DNA from: an uncultured Bacilli bacterium
Lineage (GTDB): Bacteria; Bacillota_I; Bacilli_A; RF39; UBA660
DNA: 64,000 nucleotides
Reading direction: 5' to 3'
Assembly (NCBI GenBank): GCA_947598485.1
Contig: CANQFJ010000004.1
Span: 4,118 to 68,117, forward strand
The position numbers were made by a program, and so were the translations under genes. Of the stretch, positions 46,742 through 56,612 are shown one piece after another. The notes beneath the pieces were generated by a model, which worked only from the letters and a program-made list of their open reading frames with translations, ran no database searches and was not told the origin of the DNA. Each line of letters begins with the position of its first letter. Position 1 is the first letter of the stretch.

Positions 46742-47863
46742 TTAAGACAAATGTGTATATATATTTTCAGAATAAACATCAAATTTATATGGATTTAAAG
46801 AAATAAAGTATCGGTTATTTAAATGTATTATATCATCAAATTCTTTTTCAATTATTGTTTTTACTCTTTTATTGCCCCTAGCCAAACGGCATTGTTCACG
46901 TTTATATGCTATTTTTTCAAAAGTAGTTAATTTATTATAATCAAAGTCATAATAAATATCATCTGGAATATTTGGTAAAGTAATTTTATAGTATTCAGCT
47001 ATCATTTTTAGAACATCATCTTCACTAATGCCTTCTTCGTTTAATTGAGCTAAAATTTCGTGTTTACTTGTATTGTGAAGAATTGCAGAAAGATATGAAT
47101 ATATTAATTTATCACGCTTTTTACTGCTTTTATTCAATTCTGCTAATATACGTAAATTAATTATTTTTCTATAATATGATAAAATCTTATTATTCATGAA
47201 ATCAACCACTTGATTTTGGAGACTATCAAAATCTTCTGCCATTATATCTTTTGTGCTACATTCTCCATTTTTATTTTCAAGGCATAATATTTTCCCGGTT
47301 TTATCAAAATTCTTTTTTATAGATAGCCCAAGTAAAGCATATTTTACAAACACTTGATCATGAGATAGTATTATATACGTTTGATTATCTTGAAGCTCAT
47401 TAATTAATTCAAAAATAACTCTTCTCCTGTTTTCATCATATGAAGAAGCTGGGTCATCTATTATTATCAATTTCTTCTTTGAACTTACTATAAATAATAA
47501 CAGTGAAATAATATTTTTTTCACCATATGATAAATTTTCAGTTTTATCTTCATGTTTTTTTTCTTTTTTACTTACCAAAAATACAGTGGCCGTCTTATTC
47601 AAAGTATCATATTTATCAATTTCAAATTCATATGGTATAGAAAACATTGATAAATAATCATTAAGTTTTTTTAAATTTTTTCCAATAAATCTAGATGTCT
47701 TTAATTTTATATTACATAGTTTATTCTTTAACTCAATTATATTATTATTGAATTCATCAAGTATTATCTTTACATCTGGAAACATGTTACTTAATGATTC
47801 TGATATTGATACTTTTTGAAATAATTTTATATCAAGTGAATCCAAGTTATAAGAATCTATCAA
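46742..47863 (-). CDS. C-terminal part of a frameshifted PrrC/RloC-like ABC-type ATPase: signature, Walker B and putative anticodon-nuclease-like tail
   Basis: LSYGEKNI (signature), KLIIIDDPASSYD (Walker B/D-loop), IILSHD (H-loop). The tail has NLRILAELNK (R-x3-E) and SAILHNTSKHE. The track start is a TTG with no RBS. The frame is open upstream into the A7 tract. Confidence 0.6.
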   Translation of the reverse strand: MIDSYNLDSLDIKLFQKVSISESLSNMFPDVKIILDEFNNNIIELKNKLCNIKLKTSRFIGKNLKKLNDYLSMFSIPYEFEIDKYDTLNKTATVFLVSKKEKKHEDKTENLSYGEKNIISLLLFIVSSKKKLIIIDDPASSYDENRRRVIFELINELQDNQTYIILSHDQVFVKYALLGLSIKKNFDKTGKILCLENKNGECSTKDIMAEDFDSLQNQVVDFMNNKILSYYRKIINLRILAELNKSSKKRDKLIYSYLSAILHNTSKHEILAQLNEEGISEDDVLKMIAEYYKITLPNIPDDIYYDFDYNKLTTFEKIAYKREQCRLARGNKRVKTIIEKEFDDIIHLNNRYFISLNPYKFDVYSENIYTHLS

Positions 47864-47877
47864 GTTATATAAGTTTT

Positions 47878-48684
47878 CTATGTTTTTTTGTTTTCTATTG
47901 CATTATATAAATCTTTTTCAAGTTTAGATACCTCTCTCTTATATGAAAAATTTGGAATATCAATACCAATTTTTTTTAGAATGTCTTGCGAATCTGAAAT
48001 AATACCATATTGTTCGGGAGTTATCTCAATAATATCAGAAACTTTATCCACCCTATATTTACTCATTTTTCTATTACAAAAGGGGCATTTTCCTTTACTA
48101 AAAGGTTCAAATTTTGTTCCGTTTTCTACCCATTGAACATATTCTAATCCATGTTCGCGAATAAAATTAGAATACTTTTTATATTTAGGGTTTTCAGTTT
48201 CACATTTTAATTTTTCTATTGATGAACTTGATGAGAATTTGCCTGACGCCGGTAATTTCCTTTTATTTATAATTTTTATCATTTGATCAACATTTTGCAC
48301 GTAATAAAAAAGCTCTTGTCTTTTTGAGTTGATACTTGCTAGAAGTGATGAAATATCATTTCTAATAATTTCTAAACTGTTGTCATTTTCAAATAAAATA
48401 GAATATACTTCTTTATTATTATTTTTTTCTAATATTAATCTTTGATACGTATTCTCGTTAAAAATTAAGTAATCATCATCTTTAAAGGCAGGCGATACTA
48501 CTAATTCCATATCGTTCATTTTTTTACCGTAAGTAATATTTTTTTCAGATGTATCACCAATTACGGCATTTACTATAGAAGATTTACCAGAACCACTTAT
48601 ACCAAATATGTAGTTTATTTTATTATCTTCAATGTCCAAATCAAGATTACTAATATTTTTGTAATTTTTCACTTTTAACTTCAT
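47878..48684 (-). CDS. N-terminal part of the same ATPase: Walker A and coiled-coil arm with CxxC
   Basis: YIFGISGSGKSSIVNAV (Walker A) and a heptad-like helical region. KGKCPFCNRKM sits near the midpoint of the Walker A-to-signature insert. Ends at TAG right after an A7 run. Confidence 0.6.
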   Translation of the reverse strand: MKLKVKNYKNISNLDLDIEDNKINYIFGISGSGKSSIVNAVIGDTSEKNITYGKKMNDMELVVSPAFKDDDYLIFNENTYQRLILEKNNNKEVYSILFENDNSLEIIRNDISSLLASINSKRQELFYYVQNVDQMIKIINKRKLPASGKFSSSSSIEKLKCETENPKYKKYSNFIREHGLEYVQWVENGTKFEPFSKGKCPFCNRKMSKYRVDKVSDIIEITPEQYGIISDSQDILKKIGIDIPNFSYKREVSKLEKDLYNAIENKKT

Positions 48685-48727
48685 ATTTTCCTCCCTTATA
48701 AAATGCTTTGTTTTTTATTATATCACC

Positions 48728-48754
48728 AAAAAAGACTAAGTGTTCCCTAGTCTT
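48728..48754 (-). terminator. rho-independent terminator of ppdK
   Basis: Minus strand aagacta-gggaacact-tagtctt followed by tttttt, starting about 10 nt after the ppdK stop. Confidence 0.65.
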
Positions 48755-48764
48755 TAATAGCTTA

Positions 48765-51398
48765 TTATTCTGCTTGTTTTTCACGTATAGCCGCTTGCGC
48801 TGCCGAAATTCGAGCTATAGGAACTCTGAACGGAGAACAAGAAACATAGTTTAGTCCTACTCTATGACAGAATTCAACACTTGTAGGTTCTCCACCGTGC
48901 TCGCCACAGATACCAAGTTTAATATTAGGTCTTGTCTTACGGCCAAGTTCAGCAGCCATTTGAACAAGTTTACCAACACCTTCTTGATCTAGCTTAGCAA
49001 ATGGATCAGATTCATAAATCTTATTTTCATAATATGAACCTAAGAATTTACCAGCATCATCTCTTGAGAAACCAAATGTCATTTGCGTTAAATCATTTGT
49101 ACCAAATGAGAAGAATTCAGCCTCTTCAGCAATCTTATCGGCAGTTAAAGCTGCTCTTGGAATTTCAATCATAGTACCAATATGGTATTCCATATTACTA
49201 TTCTTTTCTTTCTTAACTTGCTCAGCAGTTTCAACTACAACATTTTTAACATATTTTAATTCTTTAACTTCTCCTACTAAAGGTATCATAATTTCAGGAG
49301 TAATATCTAGTCCTTCTTCTTTAGATACTTCAATAGCAGCTTCCATTAAAGCCCGAGTTTGCATTCTAGCTATTTCAGGATAAGTAACGGCTAAACGGCA
49401 ACCTCTGTGACCCATCATAGGGTTAAATTCATGTAATTCATCACATTTTTGTTTTAAGTGTTCTACAGATACACCCATATCCTTAGCTAAAGCTTCAATA
49501 TCTTTTTCTTCTTTAGGTAAGAATTCATGTAAAGGTGGGTCTAAATAACGAACAGTCATTGGAAGACCATTTAGCTCTTTATACATAGCTTTAAAGTCAC
49601 CTTTTTGGAATGGTATTAATTCATTTAAAGCGGCTTCTCTTTCTTCAACAGTATCTGCTAAGATCATTTTACGAATTGCAGGTATTCTTTCTTCTTCAAA
49701 GAACATATGCTCAGTACGGCAAAGACCAATACCTTCAGCGCCAAGTTCAATAGCTTTTTTAGTGTCGCGTGGGTTATCAGCATTAGTTCTAACTCTTAAC
49801 TTACGATATTTATCAGCCCAAGCCATAACTCTACCAAATTCACCAGCAATCGTAGCATCAACAGTAGGTATTTCTCCATCATAGATATTACCTGTTGTTC
49901 CATCAATAGAAATTACATCGCCTTCATGATAAGTTTTACCCGCTAAAGTAAATTCTTTCTTTGCTTCATTCATAGCAATATCGCCACAGCCAGAAACACA
50001 GCAAGAACCCATACCACGAGCTACAACAGCAGCGTGACTTGTCATACCACCACGAACAGTTAAAATACCTTGGCTAGCTTTCATACCAGAAATATCTTCC
50101 GGTGAAGTTTCAAGACGAACAAGAATAACTTTCTCCCCTTTGCCACCAAGTCCTTCTCTTTCAGCATCTTCAGCAGAGAACACAATCTTACCACATGCAG
50201 CTCCAGGAGATGCTCCAAGTCCTTTTCCTATTGGTGTAGCAGCCTTTAAAGCTTTAGCATCAAATTGAGGGTGAAGTAAAGTATCTAAATTTCTTGGTTC
50301 AATCATAAGTAATGCTTCTTCTTCAGTCTTCATACCTTCATCAACTAAATCACAAGCAATTTTTAAAGCGGCTTGAGCAGTTCTCTTACCATTTCTTGTT
50401 TGAAGCATATAAAGTTTACCATGCTCAACAGTAAATTCCATATCTTGCATGTCTTTATAATGTTCTTCCAAAGTAGCACATACTTCTTTAAATTGTTTAA
50501 ATGCTTCAGGGAATTTTTCTTCCATTTCGGTTATATGCATTGGGGTACGAACACCTGCAACAACATCTTCACCTTGCGCATTAGTTAAGAATTCACCAAA
50601 TAAACCTTTTTCCCCAGTTGCAGGGTCTCTTGTAAAGGCAACACCAGTACCACAATCATCACCCATGTTACCAAAGGCCATAGATTGAACATTAACAGCA
50701 GTTCCCCATGAATAAGGAATATCATTATCTCTTCTATAAACGTTAGCACGAGGATTATCCCATGAACGGAATACAGCTTTGATAGCTCCCATTAATTGCT
50801 CTTTAGGATCATCTGGGAAGTCTGTACCAATCTTATCCTTATATTCTGCCTTAAACTCATTTGCAAGTTCTTTTAAATCATCAGCGTCAAGTTCAATATC
50901 TTGAGTAACGCCTTTTCTTTCTTTCATCTTGTCAATAAGTTCTTCAAAGTATTTTTTACCAACTTCCATTACGACATCAGAATACATTTGGATAAATCTT
51001 CTGTAGCAATCCCAAGCCCATCTTGGATTATTAGATTTTTTAGCTAAAGTATTAACTACTTCTTCATTTAAACCAAGGTTTAATATTGTATCCATCATAC
51101 CAGGCATAGAAGCTCTAGCTCCTGAACGAACAGATACAAGAAGAGGATTTTCAATATCACCAAATTTTTTGCCAGTGATTTCCTCTAATTTAACAATGTA
51201 CTCATTTATTTGCTCTTGAATTTCTGAGTTTATTTCTCTACCATCTTCATAATAACGAGTACATGCTTCCGTAGTAATTGTAAATCCTTGAGGAACAGGA
51301 AGGCCAATATTTGTCATTTCAGCAAGATTAGCACCCTTACCACCAAGGAGATTTCTTAAATCTTTGTTTCCTTCCGAAAACATATAAACATATTTCAT
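48765..51398 (-). CDS. ppdK: pyruvate, phosphate dikinase
   Basis: 877 aa. GGKGANLAEM, phosphohistidine loop GGMTSHAAVVARGMG, GLCRTEHMF, FFSFGTNDLTQ, GICGEHGG. Confidence 0.97.
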   Translation of the reverse strand: MKYVYMFSEGNKDLRNLLGGKGANLAEMTNIGLPVPQGFTITTEACTRYYEDGREINSEIQEQINEYIVKLEEITGKKFGDIENPLLVSVRSGARASMPGMMDTILNLGLNEEVVNTLAKKSNNPRWAWDCYRRFIQMYSDVVMEVGKKYFEELIDKMKERKGVTQDIELDADDLKELANEFKAEYKDKIGTDFPDDPKEQLMGAIKAVFRSWDNPRANVYRRDNDIPYSWGTAVNVQSMAFGNMGDDCGTGVAFTRDPATGEKGLFGEFLTNAQGEDVVAGVRTPMHITEMEEKFPEAFKQFKEVCATLEEHYKDMQDMEFTVEHGKLYMLQTRNGKRTAQAALKIACDLVDEGMKTEEEALLMIEPRNLDTLLHPQFDAKALKAATPIGKGLGASPGAACGKIVFSAEDAEREGLGGKGEKVILVRLETSPEDISGMKASQGILTVRGGMTSHAAVVARGMGSCCVSGCGDIAMNEAKKEFTLAGKTYHEGDVISIDGTTGNIYDGEIPTVDATIAGEFGRVMAWADKYRKLRVRTNADNPRDTKKAIELGAEGIGLCRTEHMFFEEERIPAIRKMILADTVEEREAALNELIPFQKGDFKAMYKELNGLPMTVRYLDPPLHEFLPKEEKDIEALAKDMGVSVEHLKQKCDELHEFNPMMGHRGCRLAVTYPEIARMQTRALMEAAIEVSKEEGLDITPEIMIPLVGEVKELKYVKNVVVETAEQVKKEKNSNMEYHIGTMIEIPRAALTADKIAEEAEFFSFGTNDLTQMTFGFSRDDAGKFLGSYYENKIYESDPFAKLDQEGVGKLVQMAAELGRKTRPNIKLGICGEHGGEPTSVEFCHRVGLNYVSCSPFRVPIARISAAQAAIREKQAE

Positions 51399-51466
51399 AA
51401 TTATCCTCCATGCAGTATTATATCATAGGCTATAAAAAATTTGATAACAAAAATAAAAATATGCAC

Positions 51467-52333
51467 TTATTTTCTCGGCATATTTTTAAGATATTCACTT
51501 TTCAAGAAATCTGATGTTATATGAGTATATATTTCCGTAGTATTTAAACTATTATGGCCTAATAGTTCTCCTACTGATTTAATATCTGCCCCATTATTCA
51601 GAAGATGAGTAGCAAAAGTGTGTCTAAAAGTATGGGGTGTAACGTTACTGTTTATACATGCTTCATCACATATCTTATCGACTATTTTCTGGATAGATCT
51701 AACACTTATTTTATTACCCTCTTTATTAAGAATTAAATATTCGCTAGAAAAGTTATTATATGACTTATAAACATTAATAGCTTTAAGGCAAGGAACACCA
51801 AAATATACAATTCTTTCTTTTTGACCTTTACCCAGTACTTTAATACTGCGATTATTAAAATCTATATCTTGAACTTTTATATTACATAACTCGCTTACCC
51901 GAACTCCTGTTGCATATAGAAGCTCAATAATCATTTTGTTACGTGCCGTTTGAAAATCTTTTACCTCAATAGTATCAAAAATTGTACGCATATTTTCATA
52001 AGACAAAAAGTTAGGTAACTTTTTTTCCAGTTTAGGATTTTTAACTAATTTAAATATATTAAATTCAACTTTTTTTTCATCTAATAAAAAGTCATAAAAA
52101 TTTCTTAAGCTACTTAAAATATTACTTATTGTTTTATTACTATATTTTTTACTATCTAAATATTTTAAGAAATCAATAATATCATCTTTGGTAATAGAAT
52201 CAAATAATAAATTTTTCTCTTTTAAGTATGCAAAGTATTTATTTAAATGAAAAAAATAATCGCTTATCGTATTTTCCGAATAATTAAGTTCGTATTTAAG
52301 ATAATCATGATATTTATTTAATAATTCTTCCAT
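51467..52333 (-). CDS. XerC/XerD-family tyrosine recombinase
   Basis: LLYATGVRVSEL (Arg), HTFRHTFATHLL (HxxR), LGHNSLNTTEIYTHI (His, Tyr). ATG 52333 is preferred because the track start 52384 would lie inside the greA terminator hairpin. Confidence 0.85.
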   Translation of the reverse strand: MEELLNKYHDYLKYELNYSENTISDYFFHLNKYFAYLKEKNLLFDSITKDDIIDFLKYLDSKKYSNKTISNILSSLRNFYDFLLDEKKVEFNIFKLVKNPKLEKKLPNFLSYENMRTIFDTIEVKDFQTARNKMIIELLYATGVRVSELCNIKVQDIDFNNRSIKVLGKGQKERIVYFGVPCLKAINVYKSYNNFSSEYLILNKEGNKISVRSIQKIVDKICDEACINSNVTPHTFRHTFATHLLNNGADIKSVGELLGHNSLNTTEIYTHITSDFLKSEYLKNMPRK

Positions 52334-52374
52334 GCTATTTTTATCCTTATTAACAAAATTAATTTTACAATTTA

Positions 52375-52398
52375 GAAAAAACAACCTTTTGGTTGTTT
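52375..52398 (-). terminator. rho-independent terminator of greA
   Basis: Minus strand aacaacc-aaaa-ggttgtt followed by ttttt, immediately after the greA stop. Confidence 0.65.
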
Positions 52399-52863
52399 TT
52401 ATTTAACATCAACAATTTTTAATTTATAGCTACCTGTTGGAGCTTCTACTGTAACAGTCTCACCTTTTTTATGCCCCATTAAAGCTCTTCCTAAAGGTGA
52501 TTCATTACTAATTTTATTTTTAAAAGAATCGGCTTCAGCAGAACCAACAATTTTATATGTATCTTCTTCATCATCTTCATCACAAACAGTTACATCAGAG
52601 CCAACACTAATAAGGCCTTGGGCATCACCTTGAGCTATCTCAGAGTGTTCAAGTCGATATTCTAATTCTTTAATTCTAGCTTCAACTTGGGCTTGAGCAG
52701 CTCGAGCAGCATCATAATCGGCATTTTCAGAAAGGTCTCCTTGAGCACGAGCATCCTTTATTGCATTTATTATCTCTGGTCTTCTTACTGTTTTAAGTTC
52801 ATTTAATTCTTCTTCTATTTGAATGTAGCCTTCTGCAGTTAAAATCATTTGATCTTTTTTCAT
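52399..52863 (-). CDS. greA: transcription elongation factor GreA
   Basis: LTAEGYIQIEEELNELK..RPEI..AIKDARAQGDLSENADYDAA coiled-coil finger. C-terminal ISNESPLGRALMGHKKGE. Confidence 0.95.
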   Translation of the reverse strand: MKKDQMILTAEGYIQIEEELNELKTVRRPEIINAIKDARAQGDLSENADYDAARAAQAQVEARIKELEYRLEHSEIAQGDAQGLISVGSDVTVCDEDDEEDTYKIVGSAEADSFKNKISNESPLGRALMGHKKGETVTVEAPTGSYKLKIVDVK

Positions 52864-52990
52864 GTTTCAACAACTCCTTATTGCTCAAATTTTTTCAACA
52901 GAAACAAGTATACAAAAATTTACTTTAAATGTCAATAATATAGTATAATAACATCTTTCATATTATATGCTTTTTAAGCCGTTGTAATTC

Positions 52991-54166
52991 CTAAATATTT
53001 AACTTAACGCGCATAATATCATTTTTTTCTAAAGCAAGGTTAAATGGCACTTTTATAATCATGCGAGGTTTATTAGCTACATCAATGGTCTTATCATCTT
53101 CATCGTATATAGCCGTTATTTTGCTTTTATAAGTTTCATGATTTGGGCCAATAATTTCTACTTCATCACCAACTTTAAAGTAGTTACGCTCTTCGATAAT
53201 AGCAAGCTTTTTTTCCGCATCATACTCTTTAATAATACCTAAAAAATCTTGATTACTTTCTTCGTTTCTTAAATCATAATATTGATCATTCTCATCCGGC
53301 AGATGATCATAAAACTGAGGAGCACTATCCCGATTAGCTACTCTATTTAAAACTTTTAAATAATAGTTTTTGTCTTCATCTGTTAGGGTATTATGCAAAA
53401 TTTTATCAATAACTCTGCGATAGCAAAGAATAACTGTAGCAATATAGTAAATACCCCGCATTCGGCCTTCCACCTTAAAAGTATTAACTCCCCTTTCGAT
53501 CATATCCGAAATATAATCAATAAAATTTAAATCTTTAGGAGTCATAGTAAACGGCATTTCATCGTTTTCATTAAAGACCCAGCGACATATTTGCGCACAC
53601 CCTCCTCGATTAGAATCCCTTAAAGTTGTATAATTGGATAAAACACATTTACCGGAAATCGAAGTACACATAGCCCCATGAATAAAGCTTTCAATTTCTA
53701 AATTAGTTTTTTCTTTAATGTTAGAAATATCCTCCTTTAAAGCCTCTCTAGCCATAACTATTTGCTTTACTCCTAAATCTTTGTAAAACTCTGCCGCATA
53801 ACTATTCAAAACACTAGCTTGCGTAGATAAAATAACCTTAATATCTAAATTTAACTCTCTAATTAAATCAAGCACTAAAATATCGCTAGCAATAATACCA
53901 TCGACTTTAATGGCAGCAAGATATAGTAAATATTCCTTTAACAAAGGAATATCTTCATTATGAAATATTATATTTACCGTAACATATACTTTTTTATTTA
54001 ACTTATGAGCATATATAGTTGCTTCAGCAATTTCTTCTTTACTAAAGTTTTTGGCATTAGCTCTAAGAGAAAAATCTTGGCCACCAAAGTAAACCGCATC
54101 AGCGCCATATAAAAAAGCAAATTCTAGTTTTTCTTTATCACCCGCGGGAGCTAGTAACTCAATCAT
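52991..54166 (-). CDS. U32-family peptidase-like protein (YrrO/TrhP-type, tRNA ho5U-related)
   Basis: ELLAPAGD, GADAVYFGG, E..IHGAMCTSISGKC.LSN and GGCAQICRW cysteine motifs. Synteny with yrrM-yrrN-yrrO. Confidence 0.85.
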   Translation of the reverse strand: MIELLAPAGDKEKLEFAFLYGADAVYFGGQDFSLRANAKNFSKEEIAEATIYAHKLNKKVYVTVNIIFHNEDIPLLKEYLLYLAAIKVDGIIASDILVLDLIRELNLDIKVILSTQASVLNSYAAEFYKDLGVKQIVMAREALKEDISNIKEKTNLEIESFIHGAMCTSISGKCVLSNYTTLRDSNRGGCAQICRWVFNENDEMPFTMTPKDLNFIDYISDMIERGVNTFKVEGRMRGIYYIATVILCYRRVIDKILHNTLTDEDKNYYLKVLNRVANRDSAPQFYDHLPDENDQYYDLRNEESNQDFLGIIKEYDAEKKLAIIEERNYFKVGDEVEIIGPNHETYKSKITAIYDEDDKTIDVANKPRMIIKVPFNLALEKNDIMRVKLNI

Positions 54167-54177
54167 AGTTTATCCTT

Positions 54178-54951
54178 TCATTTTTTTATTTTATAAAAAG
54201 TTTTTATATCTAAAAATCCCCTGGAAGATTCAATATTATCTAATTTATTATCTAAAAGATTAAGGATCTCATTGTTTTCCATAAATAAAGGAAGGTAAAA
54301 ATAATACTTGGCATCTTTATTAAACAAACTTAACCCATTATATAAAGGCATATGATATAAAACCGTGCCATACTTATTTTCCACAGCCATAAAATCAACA
54401 TTATTAACACTTAATTTTTTTACATTTTTATAATCTATTTTATAATGTTTGCTATATGAAGTTAATAGAGTTCTACGCGAATACATACTACTAGTAGGGC
54501 CAAATACAAAAAGACTAACTTTTTTATTAGCTTTTGATATTATCTCATCTATTTCCTCTTCCGTTATGTCATAAGAAACAATTAAGGTATCAACATATCT
54601 TAAATAACTATTAATGGACATATAATTCGTTAATGTATGAGGAGCAAATAAAATTTTCTCAATTTTTATATCCTCCAGCACTTTAATTAAGCCTAAGTCT
54701 TCAAATATAATACCCTTTATATTATGAGGTAAGTTATGTAATATTTCATTTAACTTATTAATAGCCTTTGTATCTAAAATTCGATTAATCAAAAGGTAAC
54801 TATTTTGCTCTTTGATATCCTTTAACTCATAACAATTTAAAAAACCAACACAAAAAAAAGAGAATGGGTAAACGAATTTATCAATTCCTAGCTTTTTAAC
54901 TTCATCAATAATCTCTAAATTTGTAACTGTGAATAATATCTTATTTTTCAT
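54178..54951 (-). CDS. U32-family-like protein (YrrN-type partner)
   Basis: Position between the yrrM-like and yrrO-like genes, with a TIM-barrel-like alternation. Start preferred at MKNKILF (54951). Weak motif support. Confidence 0.55.
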   Translation of the reverse strand: MKNKILFTVTNLEIIDEVKKLGIDKFVYPFSFFCVGFLNCYELKDIKEQNSYLLINRILDTKAINKLNEILHNLPHNIKGIIFEDLGLIKVLEDIKIEKILFAPHTLTNYMSINSYLRYVDTLIVSYDITEEEIDEIISKANKKVSLFVFGPTSSMYSRRTLLTSYSKHYKIDYKNVKKLSVNNVDFMAVENKYGTVLYHMPLYNGLSLFNKDAKYYFYLPLFMENNEILNLLDNKLDNIESSRGFLDIKTFYKIKK

Positions 54952-55537
54952 CTTTCTTTTTACTAACAGATATACCATCACCAATATTCAAAAATTCCGT
55001 ATCAAATTCACTATTTACTTTTAAAAACTCTATGTATTCTTCAATTTTTCTAACTAAAGCTCTTAAATTTTTACTCTCAATAGTATCAGATTTTCCTACA
55101 TAACCATGAAAGTTCAAGTTATCGGTAATAATATATCCCCCATCATTTAGGAAATACTTAAATTTTTCAAAGAAGTTAATATTTTGCCCTTTAGCAGCAT
55201 CAATAAAAATCAAGTCATATTTATTATCATTAGGTAAATTAACCTCTAAAGCATCTTGAAAAACAACATTAATTTTTTGATCAAGGCCACATGCTTTAAC
55301 ATTTTTTAAGCACTCTAAATATCTAGTTTCATCTCTTTCAATCGTTGTTACATAAACATCTTCATCACTAGAGGCCATTAAGATGGTTGAATATCCTATA
55401 GCGCTTCCTATTTCTAATACTTTTTTAATCTTATGCTCTTTGATTAATTTCATAATATAAACTATCGTATCTTTTTCAATTATGGGAACATCATTTTCAT
55501 TAGCATACTGTTCCATTTCTAATAACTTTTGTTTCAT
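54941..55537 (-). CDS. class I SAM-dependent O-methyltransferase (YrrM/TrmR-like)
   Basis: VLEIGSAIGYST (motif I), DLIFIDAAKGQ, GGYIITDN. Synteny after mltG. Confidence 0.85.
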   Translation of the reverse strand: MKQKLLEMEQYANENDVPIIEKDTIVYIMKLIKEHKIKKVLEIGSAIGYSTILMASSDEDVYVTTIERDETRYLECLKNVKACGLDQKINVVFQDALEVNLPNDNKYDLIFIDAAKGQNINFFEKFKYFLNDGGYIITDNLNFHGYVGKSDTIESKNLRALVRKIEEYIEFLKVNSEFDTEFLNIGDGISVSKKKDEK

Positions 55538-55556
55538 AAATAAATTTTATATCTCC

Positions 55557-56612
55557 TTACATTAGTTCGTTTTTAAATTTTAAAAATTCTTCAAAGGTAC
55601 TGGCAAAATATACTTTTCCGGTCTTAACATCTGCGACAAAATACAGATAATCAGTATTGCTGGGATTTAATACAGCATCTATACTATCTAAAGATGGGGA
55701 ACATATAGCACCCGCGGGTAACCCTATTAAATTCTCATTTCTAGTATTGTAGGGATTATCGTCTTTTAAGTCAACATCATATAAAGCTTCCTGCAAATCT
55801 TTTTTTACCCCATAATATGTTGTAACATCCATGCCTAGATTCATATTTTGATCTAATCTTTTGTATATAACTTGGCTAACAGTTTTACGATCAGCACTTT
55901 TCACAGCTTCTTTTTCCACGATAGAAGCCATAGTAAGGTACTCATGAGCACTAAACTTAGAATTTTCAATTTGCTCTTTATAAGGCTCTAATTTTACTTC
56001 CATTTGGTTTAGCATTGTATACATAATATATTCAATTGAAGCATTAGCAAAAAATTCATAAGTATCAGGGAATACATAACCCTCTAAAGGGTAATACAAT
56101 TTATCGCTTAAAATTTCATCAGTTATAAACCAATATTTATCAGGTAATTCTTTTAAGAAATTCTCATCGGAAGTTTTACTAATAATTTCATCGTAATCCA
56201 TATTAAAGTTTTCCGCGATTTGCTCGGCATACTCATTAAACCTTTTGCCTTCCACAAAGGTAATTTTAACAATAGGTGTTGGATTGATAATTTTACCATC
56301 AGCAATATTATCAATTATTTTTTTAGCATCCCAATTCTTAGATAAAGAATATTTTCCCGCTTGTAAATTTTTAGATGAATGGGTAAAAACATATATTAAT
56401 GCCGCATATTTATTTTTGATAATTCCCGCATCAGCAAGTTTACTAATAATTTCTATTTTATTATCTCCGGCTTTAACCGTAAACTCTACAGTTTCATTTT
56501 TGCCAACAGCTTTCATACCGTTGTTATAAAAAAAGTATACTCCTAAAGCTACAACTAATATACTAGCAATTAAAACTCCCACTATAATCCCAATTTTTTT
56601 ATTCTTTTCCAT
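55557..56612 (-). CDS. mltG: endolytic murein transglycosylase MltG (YceG-like)
   Basis: N-terminal TM. LEGYVFPDTYEF, TMASIVEKEA, YNTRNENLIGLPAGAICSPS. Confidence 0.9.
   Translation of the reverse strand: MEKNKKIGIIVGVLIASILVVALGVYFFYNNGMKAVGKNETVEFTVKAGDNKIEIISKLADAGIIKNKYAALIYVFTHSSKNLQAGKYSLSKNWDAKKIIDNIADGKIINPTPIVKITFVEGKRFNEYAEQIAENFNMDYDEIISKTSDENFLKELPDKYWFITDEILSDKLYYPLEGYVFPDTYEFFANASIEYIMYTMLNQMEVKLEPYKEQIENSKFSAHEYLTMASIVEKEAVKSADRKTVSQVIYKRLDQNMNLGMDVTTYYGVKKDLQEALYDVDLKDDNPYNTRNENLIGLPAGAICSPSLDSIDAVLNPSNTDYLYFVADVKTGKVYFASTFEEFLKFKNELM

Noticed and set aside
51467-52384. The Xer-like tyrosine recombinase as the integrase of the 45.6-48.8 kb insertion.
   Set aside because: It lies on the far side of ppdK, outside the direct repeats, and directly after greA. 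It looks like a chromosomal XerC/XerD-type dimer-resolution enzyme. There is no evidence linking it to the island.
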